Part shown: one piece after another, positions 13,101 through 23,880 of the stretch
How the letters are laid out: each line of letters starts with the position of its first letter
How positions within the stretch are numbered: the stretch's first letter is position 1
NCBI GenBank assembly: GCA_002633005.1
Contig: NMRA01000533.1
Location: forward strand, 1 to 64,000
DNA from: Phoronis australis
Taxonomy: Eukaryota; Animalia; Phoronida
Direction of reading: 5' to 3'
DNA: 64,000 nucleotides
The notes under the pieces: model-generated
Told to the model about the DNA's origin: nothing
What the model saw: only the letters and a program-made list of their open reading frames with translations
Databases searched by the model: none
Made by a program: the position numbers and the translations under genes

Positions 13101-14220
13101 AGAGTAGTTTTTCTTTTGGTTGGCCTACTTTTCCACTAAAACAATATATCTTTATGCGTGTTATTAATATGTTCATAACTGTGCAGTTGTAAATACCCAA
13201 AACTTTTCTAATTAAGAATATTTCTTGTTTAGGTTTCTAATGGTGGGTGAATAATTTTTGTACGGTAAAATCTCGCCAAATTCTTACAAAAATAATTGCC
13301 AAATATGCCCTTTTTTATTTTTCAAAGGCTTCTACCTTGTTGTGAATGCCCACAAATTTTCAAAAAAACTTTGTAAAATCTGGTAGTTATGGTACAAAAC
13401 CTGAACATGGAAAATTATTTAATTTGGTGCTACAGGTTTTTCTTGGAAAAATGACAAAAAAATCTTTTGTTGGCCACATTATGTCCTAAACTGGTGATAT
13501 TTTACAGTATTTTAGAAGTCTGTAATTGCAGTATGGCAGACTGACTGTTTTTAGTGTAGCCAAGAGTGGGTACACTCTGGCCGTTTCCACTGTTTGTGTT
13601 ATTGCAAATGAAGTTTTGTTTTTCAGATCCTTTTCTCCAATCCTGAAACTTGCCTCACGTTATGACATACCGGAGGCTCAGTATTGGTCGGTCTGGGCTT
13701 TGTGCAACTTAATCAAAGTTTCCCGTAAGTTAAATTTGTTTAGTCCATTGTCTCATAGATTATGGCATAATGGTGATTCTGATGTTTAGCAAATACTATC
13801 ATGGTGGAAAGGTTGTTATTTGGGGTAATTGTCTGCTTCCTTCAATTCTTAATTTTCATGAAATAACGTTGCAATTGCCCATTTTCAACCCAGAATAGAA
13901 TTATCTATCCTATAATATTGATGACTGAAAATCGACCTTACCTTGTCTTTGGCGTAGCCCAGTTGTATATAATCAGTGTTGCTAGAAGTGGTTCTAGGTG
14001 TCTTTTTTAAGAGAAATTTTGGATAATTTTCATTTCAGCGGAGAAGTACTGCCCCCTGTTGCACAGACAGGGAGGATTTAGCCTGGTGGAGCAGATAAGC
14101 CAGCATGAAACGGTGAAGGAATCTGTCAAAATTCTGGCCAAGATGATCATTGAGCAACACGTTGCATATGAAGCCATGCTAGGACAGAGCTGCCCCCTTA
14201 ATGTTGCTCCCTACAGTTGA
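1028..14220 (+). CDS. ZER1: ZER1 (zer-1 homolog / ZYG11 family, CUL2 E3 substrate receptor), 3' part: 10 coding exons, 434 aa; 5' exons lie upstream of the window
   Basis: GT-AG exons 1028-1183, 3465-3523, 5851-5977, 7151-7366, 7874-7964, 9975-10093, 11054-11121, 12659-12847, 13627-13724 and 14039-14220 join in frame (1305 nt). Peptides SWSALWNVTDET, RNMMGLMGNIAEVKELRPQLM, DGIEVSYNAAGVLSH, RNINYRSFSPIL, QYWSVWALCNL and EKYCPLL match the ZER1 ARM-repeat region as I recall it. Confidence 0.93.
1774..2032. mobile_element. Palindromic (fold-back) MITE-like element in a ZER1 intron
   Basis: The arm gtcaggtgttcctgctttcttagaagaacgagcagggaaatgtggtacactcatcatggtgtg pairs with cacaccatgatgagtgtacctcatatccctgcttgttcttttaagaacgcaggaacacctgac; imperfect pairing continues outward. 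Confidence 0.75.
3465..3523 (+). CDS. ZER1: ZER1 exon (AAVTAMERHPKDVNIQNSGS)
   Basis: tag|GCT ... AG|gtgagt; resembles ZER1 ...HKYDRNIQVTGS. Confidence 0.85.
5156..5293. mobile_element. Short palindromic MITE-like hairpin
   Basis: atcctacactcgtctcagatttatgacatgggcaaa ... tttgcccatgtcataaacctgagactcgtgtaggat. Confidence 0.75.
5550..5775. mobile_element. Non-autonomous DNA transposon with 13-bp TIR CAGGGCTTGGAAT (hAT-like CAG ends)
   Basis: Starts cagggcttggaat and ends attccaagccctg; the same right end recurs at ~171-195. Confidence 0.6.
5851..5977 (+). CDS. ZER1: ZER1 exon (ASFYFFTRQ...FMNDKT)
   Basis: tttcag| ... |gtaagt; phase fits both neighbouring exons. Confidence 0.85.
7151..7366 (+). 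CDS. ZER1: ZER1 exon (IIFNCCFTLCQLDIP...GGIQ)
   Basis: ttgcag| ... CAG|gtaacc; NCCxTLC motif. Confidence 0.9.
7678..7850. repeat. Degenerate ~29-bp tandem repeat (aaagaagcattccccatgtgataatt)
   Basis: About 5 copies seen directly. Confidence 0.7.
7874..7964 (+). CDS. ZER1: ZER1 exon (ALTELISDRL...SWSALWNVT)
   Basis: tttcag| ... G|gtactg; WSALWNVT motif. Confidence 0.92.
8109..8221. repeat. 16-bp tandem repeat (aattatcacaaccgtg)
   Basis: About 7 copies seen directly. Confidence 0.85.
8280..8430. repeat. 37-bp minisatellite (catggacatgagtgtgatgtatgagtgtacccagtgc)
   Basis: 4 near-perfect copies; they explain the spurious repetitive ORFs at 8174-8560. Confidence 0.9.
9975..10093 (+). CDS. ZER1: ZER1 exon (DETSLNCQRF...RNMMGLM)
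   Basis: tttag| ... ATG|gtgagt. Confidence 0.92.
10478..10625. repeat. GC-rich 17-bp minisatellite (gtgggcccgacagtgcg)
   Basis: About 7 degenerate copies; they explain the six-frame ORF cluster. Confidence 0.85.
11054..11121 (+). CDS. ZER1: ZER1 exon (GNIAEVKELRPQLMQTQFVEEFS)
   Basis: tttcag| ... AG|gtacgt. Confidence 0.92.
11385..11613. mobile_element. GGCGGAT...ATCCGCC-type MITE (contains an N gap); related copies or ends near 14899-16112, 16995-17083, 21136-21419 and 30528
   Basis: Termini cattggcggatt ... ggatccgtccctg with poly-G/C tracts; the 21136-21419 copy reads cattggcggattta ... tagatccgccactg. Confidence 0.6.
12659..12847 (+). CDS. ZER1: ZER1 exon (NLLESTRDGIEVSYNAAG...RNINYR)
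   Basis: tacag| ... AG|gtgggt. Confidence 0.93.
13627..13724 (+). CDS. ZER1: ZER1 exon (SFSPILKL...QYWSVWALCNLIKVS)
   Basis: tttcag| ... C|gtaagt. Confidence 0.92.
14039..14220 (+). CDS. ZER1: ZER1 terminal coding exon (PEKYCPLL...VAPYS*)
   Basis: tttcag| acceptor; TGA at 14218-14220. Confidence 0.9.
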
Positions 14221-14763
14221 AAGAAAGGTCAATTCATAAGACCGTATATGTCAAGTTTAGCATAATTGCAGTGCATTTTGTAGGAGTTAGAATGTGTAGG
14301 ACAAGGCATTTACAAAGCAACACCATCTAAGATGGAAGGTACATTTATTGGACCATGAGAGACGATGGTCTATAATCGCAGTGCTATTTAGCGTGAAATA
14401 ATTAAGGAGAATTCAGTACACTGTCTGGATCAGGGTATTTATGAAAGTAGCGCCACCTCATTGGAGATGGAGAAGGCCCATTCAGTAGATCATGTGGGTC
14501 AAAGGATTTATGAAAGCAGTGCCATCTAGTGGGAGTTTGAGGAATTAGAATTCAAACAAAAGTGCCATCTAGCTATTTTGTGATAGTATGGTTGAGCTCA
14601 GTTAAAAAAACAATCTGGTTTTTGAGACTGGGATTTGTTCAAAAGTGATGACCTGTGGACTTCTCCATGCAGTGACTTTGATAAGTAAAATTCTTGTCTC
14701 TTGGCAAGTGAAAAAAATTATTTAGCTGTGCTGGAATTTATGTTTTTGTATATTATGATTTTG

Positions 14764-14769
14764 AATAAA
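14764..14769 (+). terminator. Candidate polyadenylation signal of ZER1
   Basis: AATAAA ~545 nt after the stop, followed by T-rich sequence. Confidence 0.5.
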
Positions 14770-14922
14770 CGTTTTCTTTCTCTCATTGTATCTTCTTGAA
14801 CAAAATTTTATAAACAGACAATACTGGCCACCTCAAGTTCAAAACTTAAAAAAGACTGCCAACTTACGAATCTCCAGAATTGATGTAGCATGATACATAG
14901 GCGGATTTAGGGGAGGCCCGCC

Positions 14923-15586
14923 NNNNNNNNNNNNNNNNNNNNNNNNNNNNNNNNNNNNNNNNNNNNNNNNNNNNNNNNNNNNNNNNNNNNNNNNNNNNNN
15001 NNNNNNNNNNNNNNNNNNNNNNNNNNNNNNNNNNNNNNNNNNNNNNNNNNNNNNNNNNNNNNNNNNNNNNNNNNNNNNNNNNNNNNNNNNNNNNNNNNNN
15101 NNNNNNNNNNNNNNNNNNNNNNNNNNNNNNNNNNNNNNNNNNNNNNNNNNNNNNNNNNNNNNNNNNNNNNNNNNNNNNNNNNNNNNNNNNNNNNNNNNNN
15201 NNNNNNNNNNNNNNNNNNNNNNNNNNNNNNNNNNNNNNNNNNNNNNNNNNNNNNNNNNNNNNNNNNNNNNNNNNNNNNNNNNNNNNNNNNNNNNNNNNNN
15301 NNNNNNNNNNNNNNNNNNNNNNNNNNNNNNNNNNNNNNNNNNNNNNNNNNNNNNNNNNNNNNNNNNNNNNNNNNNNNNNNNNNNNNNNNNNNNNNNNNNN
15401 NNNNNNNNNNNNNNNNNNNNNNNNNNNNNNNNNNNNNNNNNNNNNNNNNNNNNNNNNNNNNNNNNNNNNNNNNNNNNNNNNNNNNNNNNNNNNNNNNNNN
15501 NNNNNNNNNNNNNNNNNNNNNNNNNNNNNNNNNNNNNNNNNNNNNNNNNNNNNNNNNNNNNNNNNNNNNNNNNNNNNNNNNNNNNN
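14923..15586. other. Assembly gap (N run); a second gap lies at 11433-11577
   Basis: N runs, each directly after a GC-rich GGCGGAT-type MITE end. Confidence 0.99.
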
Positions 15587-16611
15587 CGTCATTATTGCCA
15601 ACACGAAAAACGGATTTGGTCTTTTGGGCATTTGAAGACTATTTTAAATACGACAAATTTGTTAAGAATTGATGGCACAAAATATAAAACGTGTAATAAG
15701 CATTACAAAAAGAAGTAGGTTTCGCGCGCAAACGCTGTGTACCATAAACAAGTACTGTAGGTCTCTTAGTATGAGAACAGTAGTTAAATCGTGGTGGTGT
15801 AGTGTCAACGCACTCGCGCTCTATCCTCCAGGTCGTGAGCTCCAGTCTTTGGTACTGGCAATTTTTCCTGTTTGACACGTTCTCCGTGTTTTTTTTTGCC
15901 TTTTTTTCTTGGATAATACTTCAGGAATCAAGAAATAAGGGGAATTTTTAGAGGTAAAAACAGAAAAATTCTCTGGGCGGGAGGGTGCAAAACCCCCTCC
16001 CGACCTCCCCACATTCGGTACTATGCGCATCTACAATCGTGGTTCAGTTTGCGCAAATGCTTACAGCCGGACAAAATGTTGCCCCCCCCCCTTGTGATAT
16101 CCTAGCTCTACCACTATGATATCGGCTGCACACGTTTTATTTGCCTGGTTCTATTTGTAACATATCAACAGTCAGAGACGCGGCAGGTTTTGTGTACAAT
16201 TCCCAGTGTTTGCTTTTTGAGAAATGTGGTAAATGCACAGTGCTTGGAATCAAGAAAATCCATTCCCGTGTTGAATTGCAGTGTCCCAAACTTTAGAGAC
16301 TGTCTCAAACTTGAGAATTTTACTATAGACTCTCTTCCAGGATGGGCTGCAGTCAGTGATCAGTTGCTTCCAACCCCTAGAACTCTGTATGGTTGTTCTC
16401 TGAGTCCATGACCGGATGTTGTAAAAACTGCAGATAAAATTCTATCCACTTGCTTAAGCTAATATGTGGTCGTATATTAACGATGAATCCATTGTTAGCA
16501 CTGACAGGAGGGCTCCCCTATGGTCTTTCACCATGACAATGGGACACATCTGTTAGCTTGGCAATTGTGTTAGCCTAATTTTTCACTTATTTAACTGGCA
16601 ATATGTCCCAC

Positions 16612-16968
16612 TAGCGAAATTTCATTTTGAAAACTTTATCCTTGATTAAGAAAAATGTAAGTTATTAAAAGCGAAATTTCATTTTTACGAATTTATCTTT
16701 AAAAAAACTAAAGATTAAGAAAAATGTAAGTTAGTAAAAGGGAAATATTTTGACGAATTTATCCTAAAAATTAAATTAAAATTGAAATTTCATTTTGACG
16801 AACTTATGCTAAAAACTGAAGATTAAGAAAAATGTAAGTTATTTAAAGCAAAATATCATTTTGACGAATTTATCTTAAAAACTAAAGATTAAGAAAAATG
16901 TAATTAATTACAAGGGAAATTTCATTTTGATAATTTTATCCTAAGCACTGTGGATTGATAAAAATGTG
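16612..16968. repeat. AT-rich degenerate ~60-bp tandem repeat
   Basis: Recurrent gaaatttcattttgacgaatttatc and gattaagaaaaatgtaagtta blocks. Confidence 0.8.
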
Positions 16969-19900
16969 AGTTTTTGCTATCCCGGTTTATTCCAGGGGAG
17001 AATCCAGGATTTTGAGTTGGGGNTTTTAGGGGGGCCATGACCCCCTTTAGCCCCCCTCCCCCTTCCCTTTAATGCTGCCACTGTGTAGATGTCATAGAAC
17101 AACTTATATTGAATTTTTGTTTATTTGCAGTGAAGTAATAAGCCTTGGGAAATGGAAAATGACAAAGTTGCAATTAGTATTGTGTACGAAATGAATGAAT
17201 TACCTTACTTGGTACCGGTATTAGCGGGAGAGTTCGACTGACCTTTTTGCGGATGGGGAAAGTCATTGGGTGCACATCCACAGAGCATAGATTTGTGGAA
17301 TACGAATCTACCAGAACCTGCAATACAAACTGTATGTCAAGCAGGCGATCTTCCGAATATAAAGGTCTCTTTTAACCCCTTGTTCGTGACACAGTTGCTG
17401 TTTGGTGTACTGATTGAGACAACTGGCTTTGAAACAATTAGTAATGCCAAGATGGAAACTGAAACAAGGTGATTTTTTACATCTGGCAGCTTGAAATGCT
17501 GATTTAATGAAACACGATTTCTACAGATCGTTTATCTACATGTACATGTACCAGTACTGCTGCTCTGTGTGACCCAGTGTAGCATCGAATTCAGTGGCTT
17601 ACCGAGTCACCTTTGCTGCTTCATCGAAATAGTACGCAGCATTGAAACTACAGTACACAATACATACATGTATGAAAGACTGCCTTATTGATTTAATTGC
17701 GTGACCTATATTGCCATTCACGAGCATAACGCGTAAACAATTAAATGTATTATTTTACATAATATCTATATCTATATAGGGGCTTGGCCGGGCTTTGAAT
17801 GGGTACAATATTTGTACCTTCCAAAACTGCCGGAAATTGTGATCCTTGATTATGCCAGATACATGTACATGTATGTAACTACATGTATGTGAACAGACGT
17901 CACTGAAGGCGCTATCGTTACACGGCGCAACTGTACGAGTGACTGCAGCACTTGGACACCGGCAATGGCTCGTTCAGTCGCTAGCTGGAAATTGTGTAAA
18001 CGACACCAACTCTAATTTGTATCTTAAAAGATGTTTGCTAATTCCACCCGATGTTAATTTATTCAGAGACTGTTCAAATTAAATGGCCAACCATACTTTT
18101 CTTCGCCAAAAACAGAAAATTGCGGTACTAATCCGAATTCACTGAGTTTAAACGAAATTTGCTTTTTTATAAGAGACAGTTTCAAAAGAGATCTGGAAAC
18201 ACTGTAACCTTCTGACATTTAGAATTTAAGGCCAGACGTTTAAATTTAAGGACTTTTCAAGGCAGAATTCTAATTTAGGGCCACTTGAAGGCTAGGGGTC
18301 AAAATTCCAGGCCTTTTCAAGGGCTAGGGAACGGAAGGGTATCTTTTCAAGAACACGTCCCCAGCACCCTCTTACACTGCATGCCTCCATTTTGACATTC
18401 ACTCTACATGGTGCACAATTATGTGCGCTTGCGCTATTGCGTAGGTCTATAAAAACATTTCTCTGCAAGCACACGTGTACCATAGATAGCAACAAGGGAT
18501 GGTGCGGCATTGCTGACGACGCAACACTCCTTGGCAACCACGCAGTTTAGCATGCTAGTTACGTGTTTGCTGAAATGAAAGTTAACGGGTGGTATTCCCG
18601 CTACAACTTCTGGTCCAGTGTAATTACCAGCAGTCAGAAGCTAGAATTAACCCCCTTCCAGGTGACGCCACGGGCACCTCGTCTTTTGTCATGCACATTC
18701 AGGTTAAATGACTGCATGTTATTTCTTCCCAGCGTATTATGTAACACACAGTGCGCGACAATGTGGGGTCCATATAATTCGGACGTACACGGAATATGCA
18801 GCCCATTTTAACCTCCCGCTCTACACACGCCCGTGGTAAGTACAAGAAGGGGCCCTGCATGTTTCTCAATCTCTTAGTTATGATTGATCATTAAGTACAA
18901 GCTGTGAATTTTAAAGAAGTTGACAACATATGATCTTTTCGACGATTTCTTTCCACAGAAGCAATGGTTTTGCACTTATCGAGGAACATGGTCAAAAACA
19001 TTAAACGGCATTTCACTGTTTCTGTAAACGAATTTAAGCGCTTTGATGAGTAAACACATAATCGTCCGCTTTTGAATTGTAACCGAATGAGCCGGTAACT
19101 TAAGTCACGGGCAAAATTCGCACATGCGATATGCTCCGTAATTCTCCAATAAACTGAGGCGTTTCCTAAATAACTAATGATTTGTTAAGGAATCTTGTCG
19201 CACCGATTTTGCGGCATTCTCGAAACAGGTTTTCTGTCGTAAGTTATTTGATGTGGGTTCTTTAACCAGCTATACTAAATAAAGCGTTGATCAAGTCACG
19301 TTGCACAAACGTAAGATCTCTGCCGGTCAAAAGGTACCTTCGACTGAAGATTAAAACCAGAAACTATGATTTCTATCATTGTATCATCATGTGGGTATTA
19401 TATCATATACTGTAAGTGAATAATTTGTTTCAATAAATGGATTTGTAGATACTGTACACACTGTACGTCTGGAAAAACAAACAATTGCAAGTATGTGAAC
19501 ATTTGTTTTGCTTTTGTTTTCATTTTCGCAACAAAATGGTGGTAGTTGTGAAATGAATCTGTAAAACGAGCAATGGAAATTTGACTGGACGTGTGATTAG
19601 AGCAAACTTTTTTCCTCGTTGATGATTTGTGCGTAGAGATTTTTTCTCGGGTTACGCGAACTGGGAAGAAGGCAACGGCGCGCAAGGGTAAAGGATAATT
19701 TTCACTGGCAGAACTCTACATGTATGTGCGGGAGCAGAGTTGATCCGACTGACCGCGAGAGCAAGACTTGAAAAATGTCCTTGAGCAGTTATCCGGGAGA
19801 GGGCACAGTGCGTCCACGACATGGACATAATTTACAAGGTGTACAAGGCAGAGAAATTTAGGAGACTTGAGCGTGATAGCGCCACAAGAGTGATAAGCTC

Positions 19901-20029
19901 AACGGAATGTTCAAGTTTAGCTTTTAGCTATCTACATCGTCGTTCCGCCTCTCCATTTTTGAATTTCAAAGATGATATCAAAGTTACGCTTCCTGTTCTT
20001 GTTGATCCGTTTTATGTTTGTTTTGGACT

Positions 20030-20495
20030 ATTTTCTGGTTACCCTGGATGATATTTAACTTAAAATAATTTCCCCTGGCTCTATTAAATTTTGCACACGT
20101 CACTCCGGATGTGACGTCCGCGGCCCAGATAATTTTTGCAATCTTAGTTTTCCTGCACAGCTTTTACAGGAATGTGTTTGAATCAGGTGTGTCATTGTGT
20201 TTGTTAGCTTGCAACAACTTAGAACGTTGCTTGACTTTGTCAACTTCTTACTCAGTATGAACGTAGGTTGTTGTGTATCGTAATGCACGCACTGTGAACT
20301 GGATGTGTTCCGTCGCACAGATTTCTCGTGGATGAGCAGATACGTTGAAGTTGGCTCGTTCGAATAAAGAAAGCATTCAGCGTTGCCTTTTCGCAAACGT
20401 CTCTGCTAAAACCAGAGCAAAAATGCGGAAAACTGTCAGTCAGATTACGAAAGTACCTCCAAAACACATTTTGAAGACGGCTGCCATTCCCTTCA
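20030..20495 (+). mobile_element. Old degenerate Kolobok-like THAP transposase remnant
   Basis: From ATG 20257, with stops and frameshifts: GCCVS*CT..., HRFLVDEQIR*SWLVRIKKA, ITKVPPKHILKTAAIP. These parallel HRFPKDDTLRRTWLVRVKNA and LMKVPAKQRLKKDAIP of the other copies. Upstream actccggatgtgacgt resembles the TIR motif actccggaagtgacgt. Confidence 0.6.
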
Positions 20496-21654
20496 CTTAT
20501 CATGTTTGTGCGCCGGTGAAAGTGGTCTTGTTTCCAAAAAGTTTACCCTGCAATGCTGTTTACCATTAAGTTTTCTTTTGAAAATTTATTATATGCGGCT
20601 CGGGAAAACAAAATCAATTCGGCTCCACTTCATGCAACCTTCAGCATTTTTACTTCAAGACGTCAGTATACGCCATCTTTAATTTCGCCCAATTTCCATC
20701 TTCCGAACATGATGGCTTGTAGGATCTTGCAATGTGCGTTTTTTAAATTATTTGAATAAACGGTAACTGAAACTGTCCCTTAGGTGTTTCCGAGTCGGAG
20801 AGATCATAGGTATTCAAAAATCAAGACCTACAAGCAACGGAAGCAGCTAAAATTATCAATGGTACATAACTTTGACTGATTTGTCGAATTCCCCAAATAC
20901 TTTACCAGCCAATTCTGCATAGAATGCATCTCTTCGGGGGTTAAAAGTAGCATTCCTTTGTATTTCAGTATCTCAGTGAGAAAATTCGCGGGAAACTTTC
21001 TTCCACTGATTCGGAGTGTGCTCTTGCAATCGAGAATCCCAGCAACTTCTGTAGCCCCATCTACAGGCCTTCAGAAAATAAACCAGTGAGATAAAATAAC
21101 ATCAGTGCGAATACATAAATATCAGAGCACAGGGCCATTGGCGGATTTAAGGGTGGGGGCCTGGGAGTCCCCCCCCCCTTACCTGCCGTAAGCAAAATGA
21201 AACAGCAAAAGCGCAAAGCGTGAGAAAATATTGAGTTTAGTAACCAGGACCGGTAGCGAACCCCAGGAATGATGTTCCCTTTTTTGTTTTGTTATTTTTT
21301 TTTAGTCCACCGACAGAGTTTCTAAACAGAAGGGCCGCCTGTGCAGATACAATCGCGCTTTGCCCAATTCCGCGAGGCAACTTGTTGCTCCCCCCTATGG
21401 TATCCTAGATCCGCCACTGAGGACAGGGCCCTTGATCCCGAATATCAACTCCATTTTCCTCTCAAAAATATTAAAAAGTCATGCAAAATTCCCTTCATCA
21501 AGTCAAAAAATTCCCCTCTAAGCGATCAATGCCCTTAATGGTTTTAACCTCAGACAACCTTAAAAATATCGCATTCACGAGGCCGCCAAACACTTGAAAC
21601 GTTACAAACTGGATACCATGTAAAGTAAGTACCACATACTGTACATGAGAGAAC

Positions 21655-21828
21655 CAGGCGTGCGTTCAGTAACGATAGGACTTACGCTAGGGCCTAGCTA
21701 AAATCTAGTCAAAGTCACGTGCTCTCATTAAAAATACACGGCAGTGCCTCACGTTATCTCGCGAAGTCCTGCTTTTTAGAGAGGTCCTCACCGCTAGCGT
21801 TACAGTAACGCTACTGTACGGGAGACAG
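21655..21828. mobile_element. ~165-bp MITE family (CGTTCAGTA(G)ACGCTAGGACCTA subterminal inverted repeats), copy A
   Basis: Clearly homologous to 26295-26451, 39562-39718 and 42343-42618. Confidence 0.75.
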
Positions 21829-22533
21829 GTTTGCTTTATTTCACTCTGGCGTGAAAACACAAAACTAAGATACAACTTAAAATAGTTCTGCGAGAGAAAA
21901 ATTGCGAAAAGCCATGCGACGGAGCATAGAAACGTTCACTGCAAAGTGTTTTTTCACTGACAGATAAACTTGTTGTGCACTTCTCTCAGAAGCCGTCTCA
22001 AGCAGACCACGTTTGAACAGCTATCTCATATCTGGCTTATTCACAGACTGCGACCAACTACACTGTCAGCTAACAACAGTTAAGCCTTGCTTTTGTTATG
22101 TATTCAGTGAGATGCACGGAAGAAGGATTGAATGGTCAAATTTGAGGAAGTGTCTCGGTAACACCATACACTGTTTTGGGAGATTAAACATATTGTTATG
22201 CTAAAACCCTTCATTATTGTGCCAGAAAAGTGGTGGGTTCTGCACCGGGTACAAGGTGAGAGTCTGTTCTGCACCGGATAAAAGGTGGGGGTCTGTTCTG
22301 CACCGGGTACAAGGTGGGGGCCTGTTCCTTACACAATGTACATTGAAGGATTTCTAAACTCACTTTGAATTTAGTTAATACGTGAAGTGCTGTCATATTT
22401 AGCAGCTAAATTTGACAATATTTCTCCCCGATGGAGTATTTGCTAACAGCTCTATTGTTCAGTGCTTGTGCGAAAATGAACCACTGTCTTGGTACTGCCT
22501 TCTTAAGTCAAGCAGTGACATAACGGTAATTAA

Positions 22534-23280
22534 AAGCGAAGGCAACCTTTTTTCATGTCACTTTTAGCAAAAATAAGGTCTGTTGATTATCCCAGACATA
22601 TTTTTCACTTAATTACATCTTTTCGTAATTTGATTAATTTCTCGTTTGGAGGCATGGGTGACAGTACATGAAGTGCCTCCAGTCACTGTTTATAGTGGCC
22701 ACAGCTCGCGAGGCTTCTCGCTTCAAAAACGCATTTCTCGGGGGTGGCGACAGGGCATTGCCGGGAATCAACAGCGACGGTATGGAACCCTTCTTCAGGC
22801 GTTGTTTCGCAGGGACCTTCATCGCACATATCTCTGTCGTAATCTGACGGCTGAATATGCTTGCCACTGCTTTCACGTTGCGTGAACGGGTAGCGCTGCG
22901 TTCTTCACACGAACGAACTAGCCAAGTACGGCGAAGTGTGTCATCCTTCGGAAAGCGATGCAAGGTACCCAAAGCGCGCGTGAGACGATAATTAGTACGT
23001 ACATCCTGGTACACAGCAACAGTGCGGCATGTTGACTGACTCGTAAACAAAAGCAAACGACAACCGAGGTAGAACAATGGCTGACTCGACTGCTCTCACA
23101 GTCAGACTGTATGAAAAGAAATTGGCGCGACATTCTTACCTCCCAAAACGTCACTTCCGGAGTAGACGACGAGTAATAGATTAAAGTACGAAAAGCTGTA
23201 ATTAAGTGAAAAATATGTCTGGGATATTCAACGAATCCTATTTTTTCTAGAAATGACATGAAAAAAGGTTGCCTTCGCCT
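22534..23280 (-). mobile_element. Non-autonomous Kolobok-like DNA transposon, short deleted copy with a THAP pseudogene
   Basis: TTAA|aagcgaaggcaacc ... ggttgccttcgcct|TTAA. The interior matches 47482-48146 and encodes (frameshifted) LHRFPKDDTLRRTWLVR...KQRLKKGSIPSL. Confidence 0.85.
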
Positions 23281-23828
23281 TTAATATTTTGCATGTGGAC
23301 GCCGAAAGCGTAGCTATGAGGCTGATGAATCAGCTACGTGACAACAGTTCGCCTTCACTCGCTCTTGTACAAATGAGTGATGGATGTACAGTAACAGTGG
23401 CTTACTTGTCATTGTTTAACTTAAAGTTGATACTTGTCTACATGTGGAAGCGTAAAGGAGTACTATATAACATAAAATGTAGCACGAAATTGTTATTCAG
23501 TTCAATCATTACTTAAAGCGTTAGTAACGCCTTCTGATTCAGCAGAATTTTTAATAGATCATCCCAACTAAACCTCGTTTTGAACTGTTCAGTGGGTTGA
23601 CAAAGCTTACAAAGTTTTATTCAGCACGAATTGTGTTAGCCGAAGTTTCGTATCTCACATGATTATGAGCGGGAGCTCAAAATCTGGACTGTTAAGATTT
23701 AATATCCACCCACTCTTCTTACAGTTTATATTTTGCCGTCTGTTACACCATTTGTCAACTTGTTATCAAAGTTTCAGGGTGGAGTTTCTGAAAATCTTTG
23801 AAAGAGAGAAGACGGAACCCACACGAAG

Positions 23829-23880
23829 ATGAAACTGGGCAGGACGCCATCGATTCTGCTCTGCTTGCTGTACATTCAAT
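23829..23880 (+). CDS. nAChR-like exon 1 (signal peptide MKLGRTPSILLCLLYIQ)
   Basis: ATG, hydrophobic stretch, phase-1 donor gtaagt that fits exon 2. Confidence 0.7.

Noticed and set aside
14864-15631. 255-aa ORF (and the ORFs at 11323-11727)
   Set aside because: Artefacts of N gaps
15790-15875. tRNA-like head (tggtgtagtg A-box)
   Set aside because: The B-box is degenerate and there is no complete cloverleaf; probably SINE-derived
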